IMG/VR virus record: IMGVR_UViG_3300025862_000008
Location: 1-42,971 of that record
DNA length: 42,971 bases
Strand: one strand, 5' to 3'
From: a virus
Lineage: Duplodnaviria; Caudoviricetes
How positions within the stretch are numbered: the stretch's first letter is position 1; every line of letters begins with the position of its first letter. Positions 1 to 7,953 of this stretch are shown here, one piece after another. The notes beneath the pieces are model-generated. The model did not search any database. It saw nothing but the letters and a program-made list of their open reading frames with translations, and had not been told where the DNA came from. The translations under genes and the position numbers were made by a program.

Positions 1-2
1 AA

Positions 3-284
3 AGCGTCGGGGCCGTACAGAGGGGCGAGCACGGGGCGCGTAGCTCGCTAGGGCTTCGGGGCGTCACCTGGCACCGACAGAGGGGATACTGGGTGGCTCG
101 CATACGTCGCAACATTTCACAGTATCACTTGGGATGTTACCCGACCGCTGTGGCCGCCGCTCTTTCGTACGATCGGGCAGCCAGAAAAATGTACGGCCCC
201 GACGCTTTTCAGAACTTCAAAATCGATCCCATTACCGAAACGATCGTCTCAACCAGCTTCCAGTTTGTAAGGAGTTCAACGTGA
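3..284 (+). CDS. AP2 DNA-binding domain protein (likely HNH-AP2 endonuclease), 5' end outside window
   Basis: Frame open from base 3: SSLGLRGVTWHRQRGYWVARI...HLGCYPTAVAAALSYDRAARKMYGPDAFQNF matches the AP2 pattern. Confidence 0.75.
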   Translation, partial: SVGAVQRGEHGARSSLGLRGVTWHRQRGYWVARIRRNISQYHLGCYPTAVAAALSYDRAARKMYGPDAFQNFKIDPITETIVSTSFQFVRSST

Positions 285-889
285 CCACCGCTCAATCAAA
301 AATGTCCAAAATCGCCATTGTACTCACCCTCGTCGTCGGAGGGTATGCTTTTGGGCGCTATGCGCAGCCCGCTAAGGTAGTGGTCACTGAGAAAGTCGTG
401 ACCGTTGAACGACAAGTCGTCGTTACGAAAACTGTCGAAAAAACCCAGATCCAGATCGTGAAGGTGCGGGACACGCAGAAGGACGTGCATCGGGTCGAGG
501 TCGTTGCCACCAAGGCGGATGGGACCAAGGTCGTCACCGTCACCACGGATGATAAGTCCAAGGCGGAGACGGACCTCGACGCCAACGCAACCACCGCCGC
601 CCAGACCAACACCGCCTCCACTACAACGATCGCCCAGACGGAAGACAAGAAGACAGTCACCACCTTCGGCAAGCCCCAGTGGTCCCTCACTCTCCAGCCC
701 GGCTTCGAGTTCGGGGACGCACTCGGCAACAACAGCAGCTCCTACAATCTCCTCTCCAAGGCCCTACCTATGGCACCCCATTTGATGGCCAATCTAGGCA
801 TCGAGCACCGTTTCATTGGGCCCATATTCCTAGGTGCCTGGGTGTCGACTCGATTGGACGCAGGCGTCTCGTTGCGGCTGGAGTTTTAA
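281..889 (+). CDS. membrane-anchored/exported hypothetical protein
   Basis: SD AAGGAG at 269-274, GTG overlaps the upstream stop; N-terminal hydrophobic segment (IAIVLTLVVGGYAFG), Thr/Val/Lys-rich stalk, beta-strand C-terminus ending in F. Confidence 0.6.
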   Translation: MTTAQSKMSKIAIVLTLVVGGYAFGRYAQPAKVVVTEKVVTVERQVVVTKTVEKTQIQIVKVRDTQKDVHRVEVVATKADGTKVVTVTTDDKSKAETDLDANATTAAQTNTASTTTIAQTEDKKTVTTFGKPQWSLTLQPGFEFGDALGNNSSSYNLLSKALPMAPHLMANLGIEHRFIGPIFLGAWVSTRLDAGVSLRLEF

Positions 890-1180
890 ATGGGAGGCCA
901 GCGCGTATCCGGGCACGCGACCATCGAGGGCGACGAGATCGTCATCAGGTTCGTGATCCCGTTTCTGCCCCTAATCTTCGACGGGACGCCTTTGGGGCCA
1001 GAATTCAAGGTCACTGACTCCAATGCCTTCGCCTCCGATGTGGTCTACGAGCTAAACCGAGAGGAAGAGGACGGCACCACACCGGTCCATCGCATGTTCG
1101 ACGCGGCGCTGACCGAGGCCGTAGAGCAGGGCACTGAAGGCGTCGAAGAGGTCACCGAAGACGAAGAGGCCTCGACGTGA
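890..1180 (+). CDS. hypothetical protein
   Basis: Abuts the upstream stop, overlaps the downstream start, acidic tail. Confidence 0.65.
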   Translation: MGGQRVSGHATIEGDEIVIRFVIPFLPLIFDGTPLGPEFKVTDSNAFASDVVYELNREEEDGTTPVHRMFDAALTEAVEQGTEGVEEVTEDEEAST

Positions 1181-1866
1181 TCGACAAGCACTCTGAGCTG
1201 GAGTTCAAGTTCTCGGCCGAGGAGGTATCGGTCGACTGGTTCCGAACCTGGTGCATCGGCCTGGATCCGGTCGGTTACAAGAGCAGGGCATACCCGGACA
1301 GCTACTATCGCAATGGCGACGCGGCAGTTCGCCACCGGGCCTGGCCTCTGCCTGGCGGGGAATTGACCGTCAAGAGAAGGAAGAGCGCTGACAGCATCGT
1401 CGACCGGCAGGAAATCAACCTGCAGTTCGCGGCGGAGGTGTCGCTGAGAGACGTTACGGAATTCCTGGGGGCGACTGGGTGGGCGCTTGAATTCACCCTC
1501 CTCAAGCATTTCTCCCACGTTTTTTGGTACAAACACGGAGAGGCCACAATCTGTGTGTCGCTGTACGAGGTCGAGCGGGCCGATACTAATGAAACGCGAC
1601 GGTTCCTAGAGGTCGAGGTCGAGCGGGACTCTGAAATATCCGAAACAACTGCTCGGGAGCTTCTTGATCTCTGGGGAGGGGCCGCCGCGCATGAGTTCGG
1701 CCTCGATGAGCCGATGACGAGTTCGCTATGGGAGATCTACAGCGGCCGGAGGTACTCGTCGATCGATATTTGCAACCGCCCGCCACCTGGCTGGCTGTGC
1801 ACCAGGGGGCCGCACGTCGATGGACCCTGTGCCGCAGTCGCCGGCACACAAGAGAGTCCGCAGTAG
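1177..1866 (+). CDS. CYTH-domain (triphosphate tunnel metalloenzyme) protein
   Basis: N-terminal ExExK (ELEFK), DSYY, LTVK, RQEINL, FLEVEVE motifs; Cys/His-rich C-terminal extension. Confidence 0.75.
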   Translation: MIDKHSELEFKFSAEEVSVDWFRTWCIGLDPVGYKSRAYPDSYYRNGDAAVRHRAWPLPGGELTVKRRKSADSIVDRQEINLQFAAEVSLRDVTEFLGATGWALEFTLLKHFSHVFWYKHGEATICVSLYEVERADTNETRRFLEVEVERDSEISETTARELLDLWGGAAAHEFGLDEPMTSSLWEIYSGRRYSSIDICNRPPPGWLCTRGPHVDGPCAAVAGTQESPQ

Positions 1867-1941
1867 TCTCAATGAAATCCCAGGACTTGAAGGCAGCGGC
1901 GCTCCAGTGGCTGCGGTTTATTCGTCGCTACGAGATCTGCA

Positions 1942-1969
1942 GCAGAGAGCCCCGGGCACCGCCCGGGGA
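1942..1969. repeat. palindromic element, copy 1 (GCAGAGAG CCCCGGGC ACC GCCCGGGG A)
   Basis: 8-bp stem with 3-nt loop; 16-bp core CCCCGGGCACCGCCCG directly repeated at 5931-5946. Confidence 0.7.
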
Positions 1970-1983
1970 TGAATGCCGTCCGA

Positions 1984-1995
1984 CGTTCGCTATAG
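1984..1995 (+). promoter_or_regulatory. motif A (CGTTCGCTATAG), putative phage promoter
   Basis: Exact copy; 7 nt to ATG 2003. Confidence 0.8.
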
Positions 1996-2002
1996 GTTGG
2001 GA

Positions 2003-2311
2003 ATGGATAAAGATACCGTAAAGGGAATCGTCACCTTTGAGCTGGAGTCGAGCTGCCCGGAAGGGGTGGACGTCGAACGATGTTCCGAAGGGATCGCGGA
2101 GAAGCTTGGGGACGACTTCGCGCCTCGCTACTCCCGGGTCCGAAACGTAGTCCTGGACGGCCTCCAGACCCTCGAAGCCTGCCTCGTTGATGCGGAGATG
2201 GATCAACTGGCGGAAGAGATCGCTGAAAGGCTCTGCTCGGGCTCTGAGCTAGAGGAGGAAGAGAGCGAATTCCTCTCCGAGATCGACGACGAGGACGGAG
2301 AAGGCGAGTGA
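2003..2311 (+). CDS. acidic hypothetical protein
   Basis: ATG 7 nt after motif A; MDKDTVKGIVTFELES... Confidence 0.7.
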   Translation: MDKDTVKGIVTFELESSCPEGVDVERCSEGIAEKLGDDFAPRYSRVRNVVLDGLQTLEACLVDAEMDQLAEEIAERLCSGSELEEEESEFLSEIDDEDGEGE

Positions 2312-2559
2312 CCCGCACGTTGCGGTCCGTTGACATAGGGGACCACATCACCCCATTGAAACGGCACTTCCTGGTCATCACCGACATCCCCTCGGGGCCA
2401 TCGGTGACAGACATCAGCGGTCGGTTCGTGATGTTCTTGCGGGAGGTTTTGGCCATGCCCAGCCTCCTGGCCTGCGGCCCCGTCTCGACGCCCATCTACA
2501 CCATCAAGCACGATGGGGAGAGATGGATAATCCGGGGCGAGGGCGAGTCGGCGCAATAA
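2308..2559 (+). CDS. hypothetical protein
   Basis: GTGA start/stop overlap. Confidence 0.6.
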   Translation: MTRTLRSVDIGDHITPLKRHFLVITDIPSGPSVTDISGRFVMFLREVLAMPSLLACGPVSTPIYTIKHDGERWIIRGEGESAQ

Positions 2560-2562
2560 TGG

Positions 2563-2574
2563 CGTTCGCTATAG
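2563..2574 (+). promoter_or_regulatory. motif A
   Basis: Exact copy 3 nt after a stop; 7 nt to ATG 2582. Confidence 0.8.
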
Positions 2575-2581
2575 GCTGATC

Positions 2582-2920
2582 ATGGAAAAGACGTTCACCT
2601 TTCTCGGCAGGGTTCGGCGCAACCACGGCGGACAGATCATCGTCGACACGTGCGCGTCGGACGTAGATCACCTCAGAGAGTCGATCACGGACTTAGTTAC
2701 GAACCGTCCTCAGTGCCGCAAGGCCGTGGATTCATGTTTTGAAGACCTAATCGGGAAGGACGGCAAGGTGACCGTCACGGTCAGTTTTGACGGGGACTGG
2801 ATGGGGGCAGTTCCCGGAGCGGAGATCCACACCGCCAAGACTGCAAAATATTACACGACGCAGCCCGGCGCGATGGAGGAGGCCGTGATCGCGGCACTGG
2901 AGGATCTCGATGGCAACTAA
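2582..2920 (+). CDS. hypothetical protein
   Basis: Start fixed by motif A spacing. Confidence 0.7.
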   Translation: MEKTFTFLGRVRRNHGGQIIVDTCASDVDHLRESITDLVTNRPQCRKAVDSCFEDLIGKDGKVTVTVSFDGDWMGAVPGAEIHTAKTAKYYTTQPGAMEEAVIAALEDLDGN

Positions 2921-3488
2921 GTCAAAAAAGGCCGACAAGAAGGCCACGGCGGAACCCGTCTCCTACGCGAAGCACCAGTGGGAGACGCTCTGGAAGGATT
3001 TCGTCACCACGAACGGTCGCATCGACAAGGTCAAGCTGATGACCGAGTTGGCTGACTTTTCGCTCCTGATGGAGGAGGCGGGCAAGGTCTACGAGTACGT
3101 CACCGGCGGCAGAATCAACACCGTCAAGGTCATGGCGACCGAGATCATCCGCGCCGCGACCGAGGCCGACAACGAAGCCCTCAAAGAGATCCTGGCCGAC
3201 GAGAAGGCGCGTTGGGAGCATGAGCGCGCGAATGCGAACGCGGTGGTCGAACTCGAAGATGCAGATGTCGAACAACTCGAAGACGTTTGCTATATCCGCC
3301 TAGGTAGCCCGACCATCCTCTTCGAGGGGCGCCACATCCATGTCACGATCCCGGGCGGCCGGACGTATTCGGCGGCCTGGTGCTCGGAGACCGAGCAACT
3401 TTTCCTAGATACGGCTTCACCGCTTCCTGCTGACTGGGTCGACACGGCTCGGGAAGCCGCAAAATCACTGCTGAGCAAGGAGGGCTAA
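2910..3488 (+). CDS. hypothetical protein
   Basis: SD GGAGG upstream; overlaps previous gene; GC-biased third positions. Confidence 0.7.
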   Translation: MATKSKKADKKATAEPVSYAKHQWETLWKDFVTTNGRIDKVKLMTELADFSLLMEEAGKVYEYVTGGRINTVKVMATEIIRAATEADNEALKEILADEKARWEHERANANAVVELEDADVEQLEDVCYIRLGSPTILFEGRHIHVTIPGGRTYSAAWCSETEQLFLDTASPLPADWVDTAREAAKSLLSKEG

Positions 3489-4121
3489 ATGTTCACGGAG
3501 AATGACTACAAGGAGCTTCACGGGCTGGTGTTCCGCGACGACTACTCGGGGTACAAGCCCACGGTCCTAGAGATCCCAGGAGGCGACGGCAAGGTCGACG
3601 CCGAGAAGCGGTACGCGCACGTTGCAACAAAGTACTTCACGACCGCCCAGCAGCGCGTCGACCTGATGCCGTTCCTGCTGAAGGCCCACGGCACGGCGAC
3701 CGAAATTGCGCGCGCCATCCATATGCCGTCCGAGTTCTATCCTCAGCTTGAGGTCAGCAGCCTCCGCGTCCTGGAGTATCCGCCCGGCGCCATCAGCAAC
3801 GAGCACTGCGATTTCGACTTGTTCACTTTGATGCTTTACCGCGATCAAGCCGACCGCTTCGTCTCGAAGGACCTTGGCAACCAGACGCTTCGCTACATCC
3901 GGCACTACAACCTGCAGGCCCACATGGGCGAGCTGGGCACGGAGATCGGGCTCGGAGAGGCGACGCCGCACTCGGTGCTCCCGAGCGAGACCCCACAGCA
4001 TTCCATCGTGTATTTCGCGATCCCCGCCTGGGGCGCCCGGCTTCCGAGCGGGGTGCTGGTCAAGGACTGGCTAAATTCCAGGATGCAGCGCAGCCGCACC
4101 GAGTTCAAGAAGTACGAGTAG
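3489..4121 (+). CDS. 2OG-Fe(II) oxygenase (IPNS-like fold)
   Basis: LRVLEYPP...EHCDFDLFTL (HxD), ATPHSV (distal H), SIVYF. Confidence 0.75.
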   Translation: MFTENDYKELHGLVFRDDYSGYKPTVLEIPGGDGKVDAEKRYAHVATKYFTTAQQRVDLMPFLLKAHGTATEIARAIHMPSEFYPQLEVSSLRVLEYPPGAISNEHCDFDLFTLMLYRDQADRFVSKDLGNQTLRYIRHYNLQAHMGELGTEIGLGEATPHSVLPSETPQHSIVYFAIPAWGARLPSGVLVKDWLNSRMQRSRTEFKKYE

Positions 4122-4123
4122 CC

Positions 4124-4321
4124 ATGTTCACCCCTCCCCCAGAAGAGGACCCGTCCAAAATCCGCAAGTGGGCGGATTACCTGTTCCAGATCTCCAGCGA
4201 TGAATGCTGGCTGGACGCCGCCGCCCTCAAGCGTCTCCTCCATCAAGAAGCTGACGAGCTTCAGCAGAAGGAGGAGGAGCGCCAGCGGGAGATGATGCGG
4301 CTTAAGGTAGCGGAGCTGTGA
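4124..4321 (+). CDS. small helical hypothetical protein
   Basis: Starts 2 nt after the upstream stop. Confidence 0.55.
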   Translation: MFTPPPEEDPSKIRKWADYLFQISSDECWLDAAALKRLLHQEADELQQKEEERQREMMRLKVAEL

Positions 4322-4373
4322 CCCGTCGCGAACTCACCCTGCCGTTGCGTGTCGGCCCCGGCGAGCCGAGCCC

Positions 4374-4544
4374 GTGATCGTCGACCTTCTCAAGTCTCCT
4401 CGGCTCTTTCCTGTGATCATCATCGCGCTACAGGCGTGCGCTGCTATCCGCTGGGGCTTCGCGGGCAGCGCCTGGAATGCCCTCTACTGGGGCCTGGCGG
4501 TAGGCCTCAACAGCGTCTGTACCTTCGGAAAACTGGGCCAGTAG
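4374..4544 (+). CDS. 56-aa two-helix membrane protein (not in ORF track)
   Basis: MIVDLLKSPRLFPVIIIALQACAAIRWGFAGSAWNALYWGLAVGLNSVCTFGKLGQ; stop abuts motif A. Confidence 0.55.
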   Translation: MIVDLLKSPRLFPVIIIALQACAAIRWGFAGSAWNALYWGLAVGLNSVCTFGKLGQ

Positions 4545-4545
4545 G

Positions 4546-4557
4546 CGTTCGCTATAG
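4546..4557 (+). promoter_or_regulatory. motif A
   Basis: Exact copy; 7 nt to ATG 4565. Confidence 0.8.
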
Positions 4558-4564
4558 ACCGATC

Positions 4565-5077
4565 ATGTACGAGAATCTCACCATCAAGGTCAAGAAGCTG
4601 CACAACGACGCCAAGCTGCCCGTCTTCTCGACGGGGGGCGCGGCCGGAGCCGACCTCCACGCCTACATCCCCCGCGACGGCAACGAGCTGTACATGCGGA
4701 GTATGAACGAGGACGGAAGCCAGAGCGACAGGGGCCCGTTCGTCCGCATCTACCCGGGCGAGCACAAGGTCATCGGCTGCGGCATCGCCATCGAGGTACC
4801 GCCGGGCTACGAGGCGCAGGTCCGCCCGCGATCGGGGCTCGCGGCGAAGTTCGGGATCTCCATCGTCAACAGCCCTGGCACGATCGACAGCGACTACCGC
4901 GGCGAGATCGGCGCCATCATCATCAACCACGGCGTGGAGCCGTTCGTCGTCGAGACCGGCGACCGTATCGCCCAGCTCGTGGTGGCGCCGATCCCCAAGA
5001 TCACCTACATCGAGGCCAACGAGCTAACTGACACCAAACGCGGCGACGGCCGCTTCGGCAGCACGGGGAGCAAGTAA
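4565..5077 (+). CDS. dut: trimeric dUTPase
   Basis: Motifs AGADL, PRSGLA, GTIDSDYRGEI, GDRIAQL, RGDGRFGSTG; true start is MYENLTIK. Confidence 0.97.
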   Translation: MYENLTIKVKKLHNDAKLPVFSTGGAAGADLHAYIPRDGNELYMRSMNEDGSQSDRGPFVRIYPGEHKVIGCGIAIEVPPGYEAQVRPRSGLAAKFGISIVNSPGTIDSDYRGEIGAIIINHGVEPFVVETGDRIAQLVVAPIPKITYIEANELTDTKRGDGRFGSTGSK

Positions 5078-5078
5078 C

Positions 5079-5363
5079 ATGAAAACGATCGAAATGCAGT
5101 GGTGGCTGCCCGAGGCAATCAACACGGCCGCGGACAACGAGCTTCTCATCAAAGACATAGTTCAGGCCCTCAGCGGCCAGGAGCCAGGAACAAACACGGT
5201 GTCGGTCGGAGGCGACACGCTCGTTTTTGGCGCTGTCGACGGTGACGGGGCAGTGTGCATTTATGAATGCACTGTCCGGCGCGCCAGCGCGAACGTGGCC
5301 TCGGACATCGTCCCGGAGGGTTGTGTGGGGACGAACGTCACGAAACAGACGCAGTTCTCGTAA
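5079..5363 (+). CDS. hypothetical protein
   Basis: Starts 1 nt after the dut stop. Confidence 0.6.
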   Translation: MKTIEMQWWLPEAINTAADNELLIKDIVQALSGQEPGTNTVSVGGDTLVFGAVDGDGAVCIYECTVRRASANVASDIVPEGCVGTNVTKQTQFS

Positions 5364-5435
5364 GTGATCTTGTTGTCGGTGGCGTTGGAGATGGTCGGTA
5401 GATGAGCCCGCTCAGGGGCGTAGTGCCTGAGACTC

Positions 5436-5460
5436 GTAACTTCTCGCCCTTGAATGGGAC
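5436..5460 (+). repeat. motif B variant (GTAACTTCTCGCCCTTGAATGGGAC)
   Basis: 3' 16 nt identical to consensus; lies inside a predicted RNA structure. Confidence 0.75.
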
Positions 5461-5542
5461 GGACGGACGGCCATCTCGCGTGCGCGTTCCACTCCGTGGC
5501 TGAGCTGGGTACGACTTTTGCAATGGCATGAAGCTTCCGGCC

Positions 5543-5551
5543 TGCTACACT
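5543..5551 (+). promoter_or_regulatory. sigma70-type extended -10 (TGcTACACT), leaderless
   Basis: TGn-TAnnnT, then 6 nt to ATG 5558. Confidence 0.55.
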
Positions 5552-5557
5552 GTTGAT

Positions 5558-5926
5558 ATGCCCGAAACGCAACGTGAAGTGGCCCCTAGGAGTACCCCAC
5601 TAGAAGCCGTGAAGCTAAAGATCGAGGGCTTGATAGCGTCCAGACTGGGGATCTTGCACGGCGAAGCGTCAGACCTGGCCGCTGATATGGAGGCGTTGAT
5701 CGGGCGCCTACGTAGCAGGGGGCATGAGGCCAAGGTAGACGACCTCAAGGCGGGGCGCTGGTACCGCACCGCGTCGGACCTCCGTCTCCTACAGGAGCTT
5801 TACACGTTCGTTTGTCAGGTCGGCGGTATGGATGAGTCGCCGATCCAGATGGAGATCGTGGATGACGAGAGCGCTCCGAATGAGATCCAGGATGAGGTCA
5901 CGGAGAGCCACCGATTCAAGAGATGA
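5558..5926 (+). CDS. hypothetical protein
   Basis: MPETQREVAPR...; helical, acidic tail. Confidence 0.6.
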   Translation: MPETQREVAPRSTPLEAVKLKIEGLIASRLGILHGEASDLAADMEALIGRLRSRGHEAKVDDLKAGRWYRTASDLRLLQELYTFVCQVGGMDESPIQMEIVDDESAPNEIQDEVTESHRFKR

Positions 5927-5929
5927 CAC

Positions 5930-5957
5930 TCCCCGGGCACCGCCCGAGGCTCTCTGC
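5930..5957. repeat. palindromic element, copy 2 (T CCCCGGGC ACC GCCCGAGG CTCTCTGC); may also terminate the convergent genes
   Basis: Shares a 16-bp core with 1950-1965; outer flank is the reverse complement of 1942-1949. Confidence 0.7.
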
Positions 5958-5971
5958 CGATGAGGGGTAGC

Positions 5972-6310
5972 TTAGACGCCTAGACGGCGGGTGTAAGCGG
6001 GGTCGACGAGGGCGACCTGCGTCTCGATGCAGAGCGTGGCCGAGCCATTATAGGCACTGACGTCGATCGGGTTATTGGCCTGCGACGAGAACCCGTTCTT
6101 GCCTACCACCGGGTCGGCGTTCCCCACCACGACCGTGGTCACGGTCGGACAACGGAGCAGTTTGACGTGAACCGACGACGCCGCGCTGTTCAGGGTCAGC
6201 CAGGCGGTCGTGCCAGGAAACAGGGAGCTGGTGTCAGCTACCGTGAGCACGCCCTCGTTGGTGGCCGCGCTGACGGCCATAGAGGACTTGAAGATCGGAA
6301 TGCCTGCCAT
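5972..6310 (-). CDS. small beta-rich protein, probably virion-associated
   Basis: SD GAGGA; motif L upstream; Ala/Thr/Val-rich. Confidence 0.6.
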   Translation of the reverse strand: MAGIPIFKSSMAVSAATNEGVLTVADTSSLFPGTTAWLTLNSAASSVHVKLLRCPTVTTVVVGNADPVVGKNGFSSQANNPIDVSAYNGSATLCIETQVALVDPAYTRRLGV

Positions 6311-6312
6311 AA

Positions 6313-6855
6313 CTATTCCTCGATGATGGAGTTGACGTCGCGGTCCGAAGGTGGGTCGACAGAGATATGATTGTCGCTGGCCGGGAAGTTGAGAAAGGCG
6401 AACTCACCGAAGGCTGCAAAGGCAGCCTTATCGTAGGCTTTCGCGGCCTCGATCGGATCGTCGAAGAGTCCGAGGTGTCGCTTCTTGCCGGCGATCCCGA
6501 TCTGAGCCACCCACTTGCCGCGGGCCTTGTTCCAACTAACGCCCTTGAATCCGCTGGTGTTATCGACCCGAATGTCTTGGTTGGCGTTGTTCCGGCCGTT
6601 CGGATCCGGCCTCAGGTTGCTTTCGAGATTGTTCAAGCCATCCCGGTCGATATGATCGGGAGGGCCGACGATGCCCATGCGTTCGGCGATGACCCGATGG
6701 AGGGCTACAGTCGTTCTTGTGCCATCAGGCTTGCGGACGCTGCGATTGGCATAGAAGGTCTTTCGATCCCAGCGTGCGTGCCAATTGAATGCCGCCAAAT
6801 CGGCGTGTTTGTCATCGATGAAGGTTACTTGGCCCTGAGTGAGGCAGATGTCCAC
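6313..6855 (-). CDS. HNH-AP2 endonuclease
   Basis: DHIDRDGLNNLESNLR (HNH), NTSGFKGVSW...HLGLF...AAKAYDKAA...GEFAFLNF (AP2). Confidence 0.93.
   Translation of the reverse strand: MDICLTQGQVTFIDDKHADLAAFNWHARWDRKTFYANRSVRKPDGTRTTVALHRVIAERMGIVGPPDHIDRDGLNNLESNLRPDPNGRNNANQDIRVDNTSGFKGVSWNKARGKWVAQIGIAGKKRHLGLFDDPIEAAKAYDKAAFAAFGEFAFLNFPASDNHISVDPPSDRDVNSIIEE
6367..6373 (-). promoter_or_regulatory. motif L (CAATCAT), putative late promoter
   Basis: Inside the 3' end of HNH-AP2, upstream of gene 5972-6310. Confidence 0.55.
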
Positions 6856-6861
6856 CTCTCT

Positions 6862-6873
6862 CTATAGCGAACG
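6862..6873 (-). promoter_or_regulatory. motif A
   Basis: Exact copy; 6 nt to GTG 6855. Confidence 0.8.
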
Positions 6874-6877
6874 CCCC

Positions 6878-7408
6878 TTAGATCCAGGACCAGATGCGGT
6901 GCCAGGTGCGCGCGATCCACCCGGAGGCAGCGTCCGCGTCTTCCTTGACCTGAGCCTCCAATTCCTTGGCGGCGGCCACGGCAGCGGCCTGGGTGGCCCG
7001 GGCGGCCATGGCAGCGGTGGAGTCGACAACTGCGACAACTGCGGGGCTCTTCAGTTTCTCGACGAGGCCTTCCAACTCCTTGACGGCGGCAGTCTTTTCA
7101 GCCTCGTCCTTCAGGGCCGTGACCTTCGCCTCAACGTCGCTGACGGCGGCCCTGGCATCCGCAATCGCCTTGTCGGCGATGACTTTCGCGTCGGCGGCGA
7201 TCTTCTCGGCCTCCGCCTTGGCGTCGGCGTCTAGCTTATCGCAGGCGGTGCAAGCGAACTTGCAGCCCTTGGCGGCAATCTTCTCGGCCTCGGTCACGAC
7301 GGCCTTGGCGTCGGTAACGATGACGGTTTCGACCTTCTTGGCCTCGGTCACGACGGCGGTCTCTGCCGCTTTGATGGCCCCTTCGACAGACTCGATGATG
7401 TTGCTCAT
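6878..7408 (-). CDS. Ala/Lys/Glu-rich coiled-coil protein with Trp-rich amphipathic tail
   Basis: SD AGGAG at 7413-7417, start MSNIIESVEG; ends SGWIARTWHRIWSWI. Confidence 0.7.
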   Translation of the reverse strand: MSNIIESVEGAIKAAETAVVTEAKKVETVIVTDAKAVVTEAEKIAAKGCKFACTACDKLDADAKAEAEKIAADAKVIADKAIADARAAVSDVEAKVTALKDEAEKTAAVKELEGLVEKLKSPAVVAVVDSTAAMAARATQAAAVAAAKELEAQVKEDADAASGWIARTWHRIWSWI

Positions 7409-7419
7409 TTGACTCCTAT

Positions 7420-7447
7420 GTCCCATTCAAGGGCGTGAAGCTGTTAC
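7420..7447 (-). repeat. motif B (GTAACAGCTTCACGCCCTTGAATGGGAC)
   Basis: Consensus copy; begins 8 nt after motif A and ends just before the SD. Confidence 0.85.
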
Positions 7448-7455
7448 AGATCTAC

Positions 7456-7467
7456 CTATAGCGAACG
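7456..7467 (-). promoter_or_regulatory. motif A
   Basis: Exact copy; followed by motif B instead of ATG. Confidence 0.8.
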
Positions 7468-7471
7468 CCTA

Positions 7472-7930
7472 CTAGCTAACCCGAATGTAGCCAGCGATCT
7501 CGGGGTTCTGGGGATCGTACGAATGCTCAAACACCCCGGTTCCATTCCGGCTAGTCCCGTCGGGCGAAGTATTGCCAGCGATCGTGGTGTTGGGACCGGT
7601 GACGATCGCCACGTGTCCGAGACCTCCTCCATGATCAAAAATCACCAGGTCGCCGGGCTGGGGGTCGGTCGTCTTGAGGTCGGCGTTGAGGGACAGCAGG
7701 TGCAGGGCCGACGCGCTCTTATTGAAGCTGACGGAAACGCCCAGGGCCACGCGGGCATTGTGGACCATGGAACTGGCGAAGGCTGCGCAGTAGCTGGCCG
7801 GATAGTCAATACCGACGAATGCAAGCCAGTCGACGATGGGGCCGCCCCAGTTGCTGTTGGAGCCCGGCGGTTGCTCGACTACGTTGAGGAACTTGCGGGC
7901 TTCGATGATAATCTGGTCCTGAAGTGTCAT
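7472..7930 (-). CDS. CHAP-domain peptidoglycan hydrolase (endolysin candidate)
   Basis: YCAAFAS (catalytic Cys), PQPGDLVIFD, GHVAIV (His), TIAGNT. Confidence 0.88.
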   Translation of the reverse strand: MTLQDQIIIEARKFLNVVEQPPGSNSNWGGPIVDWLAFVGIDYPASYCAAFASSMVHNARVALGVSVSFNKSASALHLLSLNADLKTTDPQPGDLVIFDHGGGLGHVAIVTGPNTTIAGNTSPDGTSRNGTGVFEHSYDPQNPEIAGYIRVS

Positions 7931-7936
7931 ACCCCA

Positions 7937-7943
7937 ATGATTG
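7937..7943 (-). promoter_or_regulatory. motif L
   Basis: 6 nt to ATG 7930. Confidence 0.7.
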
Positions 7944-7953
7944 CGAGACCCGC

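Larger units (their letters stand above)
1872..2021 (+). pseudogene. short or truncated ORF running into a GC hairpin and motif A
   Basis: MKSQDLKAAALQWLRFIRRYEICSRE, then reads through the 1950-1968 palindrome. Confidence 0.3.

Noticed and set aside
1720-1731. Motif A-like AGTTCGCTATGG (also CGTTTGCTATAT near 3284)
   Set aside because: Two mismatches, intragenic, and no start codon at the expected distance
4349-4564. N-terminal extension of the dUTPase in the ORF track
   Set aside because: It reads through motif A and overlaps a better membrane-protein ORF; the true start is 4565
5388-5477. Hammerhead ribozyme
   Set aside because: Topology is suggestive (AGATGAG...CTCGTAAC), but the essential CUGA, GAAA and UH residues are absent
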